Source: Candidatus Velthaea sp.
GTDB lineage: Bacteria > Vulcanimicrobiota > Vulcanimicrobiia > Vulcanimicrobiales > Vulcanimicrobiaceae
Length of the DNA stretch: 64,000 nucleotides
Assembly: GCA_965214935.1 (NCBI GenBank)
Contig: CBDCCS010000022.1
Location: 192,001-256,000 of the forward strand
Direction of reading: 5' to 3'
Below, in pieces: positions 9,003 through 16,668 of the stretch; the stretch's first letter is position 1; each line of letters starts with the position of its first letter. The notes under the pieces are model-generated. The model had not been told where the DNA came from and ran no database searches. It saw nothing but the letters and a program-made list of their open reading frames with translations. The position numbers were made by a program, and so were the translations under genes.

Positions 9003-9770
9003 TCATCTTGAAAGAAACGAGTGGAGAAGATCGCGCGCCGACCGGTCACGCTCGACATACGCCCCGACATCCTCGAATAACCCCTTCATCCATTCGCCGA
9101 CATCCGTCCGTTCCGTGCGCAACGCGACGCCACGCACGATTTTCGTACAGGCCGCAGCCACGCCGCCGCGTTCGGCCTCGAGCGTATAGCGCAAGACGTC
9201 GGGACCGCGCGGCACGTCGATCGAGACGCTTTTGACCGGCCCGCCGAAGAGCCCGCGACGCACGGTGGTCAACGCCGGAAACGCGGTTGCAAAGCGTTGC
9301 CCGGCGACGGCCAAAAACTGCCCGGAGTCGCTCCGGGCCGGCGCTTGGAGATCCGAGAAGAAGCGGCTGACCAGCGCGCGCGGCACCGCCGTCGCGGACG
9401 GCAATTCTTGGCTCTGGACGGGCACGGCTGCAGGGAGATCCGAGAAGCGCTCGGCGAGAAAAGCGCCGTTCGCCGCGAGCGCCGTCCGCCCGGCTTCGGC
9501 TAGCGCAGCGAGCCGTTGCGCGGTCGCGCGTTCGAGCAGCGTGAGCTGGTCGATCAACAGCGTATCGGCGACAGCGTCGCGCCGGCTGGCGGGAACGTTG
9601 AGGTACGCGCCAAGCGTGTCGGGCAAATAGCGGCGCTCGGTTTCTTTGAGCGAGAATGCGGCCTCGTCGGCGATACCCGTCCGCTCGATGAGGCGGTTCG
9701 CCTCGTCGAGCATCGCTTCGATCTGCGCAACGATTTGCACGGCAGCATCGGGTAGTCCAGCCATCGTCAT
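9003..9770 (-). CDS. XpaC/KlaA-like helical domain fused to an uncharacterised alpha/beta domain
   Basis: RYLPDTLGAYLN.P resembles the YLP..L..Y motif of XpaC/KlaA-type TelA partners; first gene of the telA operon. Confidence 0.55.
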   Translation of the reverse strand: MTMAGLPDAAVQIVAQIEAMLDEANRLIERTGIADEAAFSLKETERRYLPDTLGAYLNVPASRRDAVADTLLIDQLTLLERATAQRLAALAEAGRTALAANGAFLAERFSDLPAAVPVQSQELPSATAVPRALVSRFFSDLQAPARSDSGQFLAVAGQRFATAFPALTTVRRGLFGGPVKSVSIDVPRGPDVLRYTLEAERGGVAAACTKIVRGVALRTERTDVGEWMKGLFEDVGAYVERDRSARDLLHSFLSR

Positions 9771-9796
9771 GCGGCGTTACCGGCGAGCGGGCCTGA

Positions 9797-11062
9797 ATGT
9801 TTCGGCGGATGAGGGTATCCGGCGTTGCGCCAATGGCACGCCGTATGCAGCGCCCGACCGTAGGCCGACTCGCGCCTTACTTTATTGCGTTTCTCGCCGG
9901 CGATGTCGCAAGCGAGATTCAAGGAATCGCGGTTGCTTGGCACATCTTTCGCCTGCATCATCGTCCTTTCGATCTTGGCCTCGTTGGATTGACGCTCTTT
10001 TTGCCGTCGGCGCTGCTGGTACTCGTCACGGGCTTGTATGCGGATCGGCACGATCGCCGTTCGATCATGATGGTCACGACCTTCGTCGAGATTGCCGCAG
10101 CCGCAGCCTTCCTCGGCTTCGTGTTGCGCGGCGCCGGAAGCTTATGGCCGTATCTGGGCGCACTGCTCGTCGTCGGCGTCGCGCGCGCGTTCGGCGCGCC
10201 GGCCGAACGCGGATTGCTGCTCGCGCTCGTGCCGGAAAGCGAGTATTTGCGCGTCTCGGCGGCTTACGCATCGGTGCGAAAGTTCATTGCCATCGGAAGT
10301 CCGGCAATCGGCGGCGCGCTCGTGGCGCTCGGCGTATCCGTCGCGCTCGGGACGTGTATCGGGCTTCTTGCCTTCGCCGCGGCCGGTCTAATAGTGCTGC
10401 GCCTGCCCGTTCGTAGCGCCACCGTGCATGTCGATGCCGCTTCGCTCGATGACGCGCTAGGCGGCATGCGCTTTATTCGCGCGCAACCGGTTATTCTTGC
10501 CGCGATCTCACTCGATCTGTTTGCGGTTTTATTCGGCGGCGCGACCGCGCTGCTGCCGGCGTACGCCGATACGATTCTTCATACCGGCCCGCTTGGTCTG
10601 GGATTGATGCGTAGCGCGCCGGCCGTCGGTGCGTTCGGGAGCGCGGCGTTTCTCGCACGCCGGCCGCTCGCGCGCAATATCGGGCGCACGCTGCTCGTCG
10701 CGGTTGCGATCTTCGGAGCGGCGACGATCGTTTTCGGGCTGTCACGTCTTTCTTTGCTCTCACTTGCAGCGCTGGTGGTTCTGGGAGCGGCCGACATGGT
10801 AAGTGTCGTCATTCGCAGCGGCATCGTTCAGCTCGGCACTCCGGACGCGATGCGCGGCCGCGTCAGCGCCGTTGAGAACGTCTTCATCGGCGCCTCGAAT
10901 GAACTAGGCGAATTCGAGTCCGGTTCGCTCGCTGCGCTCATCGGCGTCGTTCCGGCTGTCGTAAGCGGCGGGTTTGCGACGCTTGCCATCGTTGCAATCG
11001 TCGTTGCCGCGGTGCCGCGGCTGCGCCATTTCGACCGCTTCGCAAGTGCGCCGGCAATATAG
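9797..11062 (+). CDS. MFS transporter (EntS/H+ antiporter-like)
   Basis: About 12 TM; GLYADRHDRR motif A, ISLDLFAVLFGGA and TPDAMRGRV. The true start may be 9833 or 9845. Confidence 0.85.
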   Translation: MFRRMRVSGVAPMARRMQRPTVGRLAPYFIAFLAGDVASEIQGIAVAWHIFRLHHRPFDLGLVGLTLFLPSALLVLVTGLYADRHDRRSIMMVTTFVEIAAAAAFLGFVLRGAGSLWPYLGALLVVGVARAFGAPAERGLLLALVPESEYLRVSAAYASVRKFIAIGSPAIGGALVALGVSVALGTCIGLLAFAAAGLIVLRLPVRSATVHVDAASLDDALGGMRFIRAQPVILAAISLDLFAVLFGGATALLPAYADTILHTGPLGLGLMRSAPAVGAFGSAAFLARRPLARNIGRTLLVAVAIFGAATIVFGLSRLSLLSLAALVVLGAADMVSVVIRSGIVQLGTPDAMRGRVSAVENVFIGASNELGEFESGSLAALIGVVPAVVSGGFATLAIVAIVVAAVPRLRHFDRFASAPAI

Positions 11063-11197
11063 CCGTAAGGGACGAGCGCAAGCCTCCGCCGTATTGCTTC
11101 ATGGGTCCGGCGCCTACGTACGTTGACGTGCATTCCGCGCTTTGCATGATACGGGCCACGCACGCTTCACTCGCTTTATAGAGGAGTTGCCGTCGCC

Positions 11198-12454
11198 ATG
11201 GGACCCTTAGCGATTCTCCGCTCGCTGAACCGCGATCAACGCAATGCGTTTCTCGGCAGCTTCTTGGGCTGGACGCTCGATGCGTTCGACTTCTTCATCG
11301 TGACGTTTTTGTTTGCCCGAATCGGCGCGGAATACGGCGTTCCGGTGGTGTCGGTCGTGTTCGCTAACACGATCACCTTGATGTTTCGTCCGCTGGGCGC
11401 GTTGATCTTCGGCATCGTCGCCGACCGTTTTGGGCGCCGGACGCCGCTCATGATCAACATTGCCTTTTATTCGCTCATGGAACTACTGACGGCGTTCGCT
11501 CCGGACTTCACCATTTTCGTAGCGCTGCGCGCACTTTACGGCATCGGCATGGGCGGCGAATGGGGCGTCGGGGCGGCGCTGGCGCTCGAATCGCTGCCGA
11601 CGCATGCACGCGGCCTTGCTTCCGGCGTTCTGCAGCAAGGCTACGCACTCGGCTTTCTGCTCGCCGCTATCGCGTTCTGGATCTTCTCTTCGCTTTTCGG
11701 TGAGCACGCCTGGCGCGGTCTATTCGTCGTCGGCGTGTTGCCGGCACTGCTCGTCTTGTACATCCGCGCCTTCGTCAAGGAATCGCCGACCTGGCGCGCC
11801 GGCGCCGCCAACCCGTTGCAGCACCGCGGCAACCTCTTGAGCGCTTTTCGCAAAAACCCGTGGGTCTTCATTTCGGCGATCTTGTTGATGACGGCGTTTA
11901 ATTACATGTCGCACGGCACGCAAGATCTGTATCCGACCTTTTTAGAAAAACAGCGTGGCTTTTCGCCGGCGGTTCGTTCGCAAGTGACGATCGTGGTTCA
12001 AATCGGCGCGATTCTCGGTGGAACGTTGTTCGGTTATTTTTCGCAGCGCTTCGGGCGCAAGCGCTGCATCATCACTGCAGCAATTTGCGGGCTCTTTGCC
12101 ATTCCACTCTGGGCCTTTGCACCGAACATCGTGCTGCTGGCCCTCGGCGGCTTCATCATGCAATTCTTCGTCCAAGGTGCCTGGGGTGTCATCCCCGTGC
12201 ATCTCAACGAACTTTCGCCTAGCGATATACGCGGCACGTTTCCCGGTTTCACCTATCAACTCGGCAATCTCACATCTGCACCGGCGGCGCAAATCGAAGC
12301 CGGCTTCGCCGCGCACTTCGCGCTGCCGGGCGGCGGCGACAATTACGCTCAGGCGCTCGCGATCATCATGATCGTCGTGTTCCTCGCCGTTATTATCTTC
12401 ACGGCATTAGCCGGCGAACGTCGCGCGATCGACTTCAGCGCAGCCCCGACGTAG
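11198..12454 (+). CDS. MFS transporter, sialate:H+ symporter (Jen1/NanT-like carboxylate) family
   Basis: GWTLDAFDFF, ADRFGRR, GMGGEWG, NYMSHGTQDLYPTFL and YQLGN; GAGGAG RBS. Confidence 0.88.
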   Translation: MGPLAILRSLNRDQRNAFLGSFLGWTLDAFDFFIVTFLFARIGAEYGVPVVSVVFANTITLMFRPLGALIFGIVADRFGRRTPLMINIAFYSLMELLTAFAPDFTIFVALRALYGIGMGGEWGVGAALALESLPTHARGLASGVLQQGYALGFLLAAIAFWIFSSLFGEHAWRGLFVVGVLPALLVLYIRAFVKESPTWRAGAANPLQHRGNLLSAFRKNPWVFISAILLMTAFNYMSHGTQDLYPTFLEKQRGFSPAVRSQVTIVVQIGAILGGTLFGYFSQRFGRKRCIITAAICGLFAIPLWAFAPNIVLLALGGFIMQFFVQGAWGVIPVHLNELSPSDIRGTFPGFTYQLGNLTSAPAAQIEAGFAAHFALPGGGDNYAQALAIIMIVVFLAVIIFTALAGERRAIDFSAAPT

Positions 12455-12852
12455 CGCACACCGCCGCCCTTTGTTGCGGGCTTTCAATCCCGCTATGGCA
12501 AGCGCGCGACATCGTTAGACTCACTTCAGGCGGCTTCGTCTCGCATTTTATCCAGCTTTTGGGCGTATCGTTTCTGCGCATCCCGACGAAATGTTGCCGA
12601 GCGACTCAAGCGGTACGTTTTAAGCTTTTTGGTATCACTCGGTACCTAAATTTCTTCGCCGGCGTCAAAACGGAGCCGGCTTAGCAGCGCACTTCAAGGT
12701 AACGGGCGCACGCGATGACGACGCGCAGGCGCTCGCGAGCATCATAGTCGTTGCCGTTTGCGGCTCACCGCTTGAGCCGCGAACGCAAGGCGATTGGGTC
12801 CAACCGGACTGCGGCCGAATGACCGCACGCATGTCGCGCCGTCGTAGATGAT

Positions 12853-12898
12853 CGATACAATGCGGTTGTTCACGCGTATCGGCAGCCACATTGTATCG
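12853..12898. repeat. Intergenic inverted repeat between convergent genes
   Basis: CGATACAATG(CGGTTG)...(CAGCCA)CATTGTATCG; possible terminator or stabiliser for the HAF-repeat gene. Confidence 0.5.
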
Positions 12899-12944
12899 GT
12901 CAGATATTTCTAAATGAAGCGCTTATGCGTTAGCGCCGCGACTG

Positions 12945-14120
12945 CTACCGCCGACATGCTTTGTCGTATTCGTACGAATAGAGATCGGTGCCGGTCGGGC
13001 GCGCGATGAAACCGACGGTCCGCCCGCGATACGTGCCCGTTCCAACGATTTCGCCGCAGTCGTTGATCGCGGACGCACTATCCAGCGTCCACCCGGCAGC
13101 GTCGCGGGCGATCGAACGCAAATCGTACACGCGTTGATGCTCGAATACGAATGCAGCTGATTTTCCGCCGACGAGCGTGTACGTGCCGACAATCCGATTG
13201 AAGTGATTGATGCCGTTTGCCGTGCTCGACGTCGTTGACGGATTAACGCCGCTCGGCAGCCCCAGATCGTACATCCGCTTAAACTCATAGAAAAACGCGT
13301 GATCGATTCCGCCGCGCGTTGCCGCCGAGCCGACGATGACATTCCGGTCGTTGATCGCTTGCGCCGAACTTTGCGTTCCACCAAGTGTTCCGATTTCAAC
13401 CGTTTTGCGGAATGCAAAAATGGAAGCAATATTTGCGTTATCGTGTCCGACGATCGTTCCGGCATCATTGATAGCGTTGGCCGAACCGCCGCTTTTACCG
13501 AGAACTATCTCTTTACGGTCTTTCAAGAGTACCGGGAGACTACCACCAGCGCCACCAGGCGAATAGCCAGTATCGGTTCCAACTGCTTGCTCAAGATCAT
13601 TGATGCCGTTCGCAACTAAATTGGCGCAAGCGAACGAAGTGGAATACGGGATTACGTATTTTCCATTTGGTAAAAAGCCAAGTGGATAACCTATTTGAGG
13701 GCAAAATACTGAAAACGTCTGCTGGACATTTACGTTGCCGGCTATGATATTGTGGTCGTTGATCGCTATCGCCGATTCAGCTATGTTGAAATCTGGCGGA
13801 ACTGAACTTAAAGGCGCGGGTCCAGGCAGCGCTTGCAGTCTTCCGGTCGCGTACTTTACAGCCTGTGTATAGAGCATGCCGTTTTGAGTAGCACAACAAA
13901 TCGTGCCGACAACGGTGCCATACTTATTGATGCCGACAGCGGACGATGCAACATACCCTTTGAGCGTTCCAATACTTTCGATGCTGTACGCGGCATGATG
14001 CTCTTCGGTTAACGTTCTTAGACGGGCAGTCGTAGTTTGAGCGCTCGCAACTGTCATTACGATTAACATTGAGATTGTAACTATGCTGCATAGAGCCAAA
14101 AGTCGCTGTTCTATCTTCAC
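12945..14120 (-). CDS. Secreted HAF-repeat (beta-propeller-like) protein
   Basis: Signal peptide; repeated (S)A.AIND.G.IVG units; IGTLGGTQSSA and DHAFFY; GAGGAGG RBS. Confidence 0.82.
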   Translation of the reverse strand: MKIEQRLLALCSIVTISMLIVMTVASAQTTTARLRTLTEEHHAAYSIESIGTLKGYVASSAVGINKYGTVVGTICCATQNGMLYTQAVKYATGRLQALPGPAPLSSVPPDFNIAESAIAINDHNIIAGNVNVQQTFSVFCPQIGYPLGFLPNGKYVIPYSTSFACANLVANGINDLEQAVGTDTGYSPGGAGGSLPVLLKDRKEIVLGKSGGSANAINDAGTIVGHDNANIASIFAFRKTVEIGTLGGTQSSAQAINDRNVIVGSAATRGGIDHAFFYEFKRMYDLGLPSGVNPSTTSSTANGINHFNRIVGTYTLVGGKSAAFVFEHQRVYDLRSIARDAAGWTLDSASAINDCGEIVGTGTYRGRTVGFIARPTGTDLYSYEYDKACRR

Positions 14121-14588
14121 TCGGGCCTCCTCATTTAAAGACGCATGAAAAAACTAAAAAGCTGGTCGAAGGCCAGCATTTAAGTAAACTCGGCGTTGCG
14201 TTTTTAAACGACGGAAGTCTGAAGCCTGCGCCTCCATCACCTATGATCGCGAAACGAACATAACGAACGACCGCACGAGCGTTCACCGTTTTACGCGCCG
14301 AAAGCGAAGCCCTCAACGCGAGAATGCGCTCAGCACCAGCGGCGCGATCGAATCCTCGGTGCACTTGTTTACTCGCCATTTTCGAATCGGTGCTGACCAA
14401 AGCGTGCTAATGCTAGCGAACCGACCATCGGTCCTGCAAGCAGCTTAAGTTGGACGACGTCAGCGATGGCATTAAGAACTATGATTCGGAGGTAGTGAAT
14501 GTCTCGCCAGAAGTCCGATGGATATTCGCACAAGGTGGCTCGGTTTGCCAGATTATGGGCCCGCGGTTCGGCGGAGTTCGGGAGATGC

Positions 14589-14623
14589 AGAGGCTGCGAT
14601 CAGGAAAACGCAGTCTCTCTTTT
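14589..14623 (+). terminator. Intrinsic terminator-like hairpin on the + strand
   Basis: AGAGGCTGCG-N10-CGCAGTCTCT followed by CTTTT. Confidence 0.55.
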
Positions 14624-14709
14624 ACGTAGTTTGTTGCAAGCAAACTCTAGCAAGCGCTGAACTTCACGACCGCTGCAGAAATCGTATTCAACGTAGGACC
14701 ATGCCCCTA

Positions 14710-15375
14710 TCAGGGCCGCGAAGCAATAGCCTTTTCGTCAACCACGAGTTGCGGGTAGTGCGACCGCAGCATCTCGACTTTGGGTTTGTCGTTGTACACG
14801 ATGTACGGATAGCCCGGATTGCGATCGTAGAAACGCTGATGATAGGATTCGGCTTCGTAGAAGCCGTGCAACGCCTCCACCTTCGTTACGATCGGCGCGT
14901 TGAACGCGTGCGATGCCGTTAACGCGCTGATTGTCGCGCGGGCTGTCGTTTGCTGCGCTGGCGTGGTATAGAAGATCTCGGACCGATATTGACTGCCGTC
15001 ATCAGGACCTTGCCGGTCGAGTTCGGTCGGGTCGTGCGCGACACGAAAGTACACGTCGAGCAACGTCGCATACGAGATTTTGGCCGGATCGAACGCGATG
15101 CGGACCGACTCTGCATGGCCGGTCATACCGGTGCTGACAACATCGTAATGTGCCGTGAAGGCATTGCCTCCGGCAAAGCCGGCTTGAACGTCCTTTACGC
15201 CGCGCAAGCGCTCGAAGACCGCTTCAAGACCCCAGAAGCACCCGCCGGCGAAAACCGCCGTTTCGCTAGGTTCGCCTGAAGGCGTCGAATTTGCACTCGC
15301 CGGCAACACTAGCACCGCCCCAAGCAAAATACCGCCGAGCGTCCGTAAGAGGGCTTTCGAATGGGTCGTCATCAT
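14710..15375 (-). CDS. msrA: Peptide-methionine (S)-S-oxide reductase, exported, single Cys
   Basis: GGCFWG, TGHAESV, HDPT, QYRS and AESYHQ; N-terminal signal peptide ending ASA. Confidence 0.93.
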   Translation of the reverse strand: MMTTHSKALLRTLGGILLGAVLVLPASANSTPSGEPSETAVFAGGCFWGLEAVFERLRGVKDVQAGFAGGNAFTAHYDVVSTGMTGHAESVRIAFDPAKISYATLLDVYFRVAHDPTELDRQGPDDGSQYRSEIFYTTPAQQTTARATISALTASHAFNAPIVTKVEALHGFYEAESYHQRFYDRNPGYPYIVYNDKPKVEMLRSHYPQLVVDEKAIASRP

Positions 15376-15450
15376 GATCTAGACGATAGCACGCCTAAAC
15401 GAGTTTCGAACGTCGGCCGCCTTACGTTGTTGCCGGCAAACCAAATGGTA

Positions 15451-16668
15451 TTACAGCGAGATCGCGCCGGCATAGCCGGTAAGTTCCACGTAACCAACCC
15501 CGCGCAGCCGCCCAGTGACCGGGTCGAGCGCGTCCACGGCGCCTTCCCAATAGGATACCCCGCCGGCGGTGTTCGCTAGCTCCTGATCGAGCAACGTCGG
15601 GCGCAGCACGATGTCGACGTCCGCCCGCGGCACCCGCACGCGCCACCCGCTTGGATACGTCCCACCGGTATGCGGCGACTTCCAAGCGCCGGTCGCAACG
15701 GTCGAAAAATCGCTTAACAACAAGTGCGTGACGCGGCCATCGCGGTCGACGAGCGAACCGCTCGACTGCGGCGTAATCGACCCGTCTTTTTGCCGCAACG
15801 CATACAGCATGAGCTCGCGCCGATCGTCGAGCTGAATTGCAAACCAATCCCAACCGGCTTGATTTGCTTGCAACTCGTCCGAGCCGAACTCATGATCCAT
15901 CCACGAAAGCCCATCAACTGCCAACCGCTGACCACCATAAACCAGTGTCCCCGACGTGCGCAAGCGCGTCATCGAATAGTAATGCGAAGCACACGTCGCA
16001 CAAGCCGCCTTCACCGAAATGCCGTCACGCCCGTGAACGGCCGGCGCTTTTTCGGCAATCTGATCGAAATCGATCGCGGCAGCGTCCGCGCGCGCAACCA
16101 TATGAAATGGCGCCGTTCCGCTCAGCGACCAATCACCGACCCGAACGTCAAGCGCCCGGTCCGACGAACTGCCGGCTCCCAAAGCCTCGCGCGACAGTCG
16201 CTCGAAATGCAAGAACTGCCTCCCGCTTTCGTCGGTTAGCGCAAAATGCGCCGGATACAACTCGTTGCCGCGCCAAGCGCTCTGACCGGCCAACGGTTTT
16301 ACATCACCAGGTCGTAAACCAACCCGAAAAAAGGTCAGCTCGTAACCAAACCGCCGGCCATCCCGAGCCCGAACGTGCCCGGTATAATACCACCACTCCG
16401 ACTGATAACCGAAGTGCGCCGCATGATCGCGCGGAAAAGCAAACCGGTAAGGCCGATTAGCACTCTCAAAACCATCGCGCCCCGCCGATCCTGGTTGCAT
16501 CCCGGGTGGGGCGGCGTCTCCGCGGCTGCGGGGCACTGCAAGGGCGAGCGAAGCCAGGATGGCGAGAGCGACCCCGAGCGTAGCGACAAAGCGCACAGGA
16601 TGTGCGCGCCGAGCGGCCCCGGAGCCGCGGAGACGGCGCACCGCCCGCCACCAGCAAAATTGTATCAT
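15451..16668 (-). CDS. AttH/CrtC-like (lipocalin-fold) exported hydratase/cyclase-type protein
   Basis: FPRDHAAH...EWWYYTG, YYSMTRL, WMDHEF, GWDWF, YWEG and GYVELTGY; ATGA overlap with the permease. Confidence 0.85.
   Translation of the reverse strand: MIQFCWWRAVRRLRGSGAARRAHPVRFVATLGVALAILASLALAVPRSRGDAAPPGMQPGSAGRDGFESANRPYRFAFPRDHAAHFGYQSEWWYYTGHVRARDGRRFGYELTFFRVGLRPGDVKPLAGQSAWRGNELYPAHFALTDESGRQFLHFERLSREALGAGSSSDRALDVRVGDWSLSGTAPFHMVARADAAAIDFDQIAEKAPAVHGRDGISVKAACATCASHYYSMTRLRTSGTLVYGGQRLAVDGLSWMDHEFGSDELQANQAGWDWFAIQLDDRRELMLYALRQKDGSITPQSSGSLVDRDGRVTHLLLSDFSTVATGAWKSPHTGGTYPSGWRVRVPRADVDIVLRPTLLDQELANTAGGVSYWEGAVDALDPVTGRLRGVGYVELTGYAGAISL

Noticed and set aside
14225..14250. GGTGATGGAG as the start of a fluoride riboswitch
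   Set aside because: The complementary strand (TTCACC-like) and downstream conserved elements are missing, and the downstream gene is unrelated to fluoride.
14520..14555. GGCAAACC (minus strand) as a c-di-GMP-I riboswitch
   Set aside because: No GAAA-tetraloop stem or GACGCAAAGC junction follows.
15422..15853. Apparent frameshifted second half of the AttH gene
   Set aside because: The 15451-16668 frame already ends with the complete YWEG...GYVELTGY C-terminus, so this ORF is an alternate-frame shadow.
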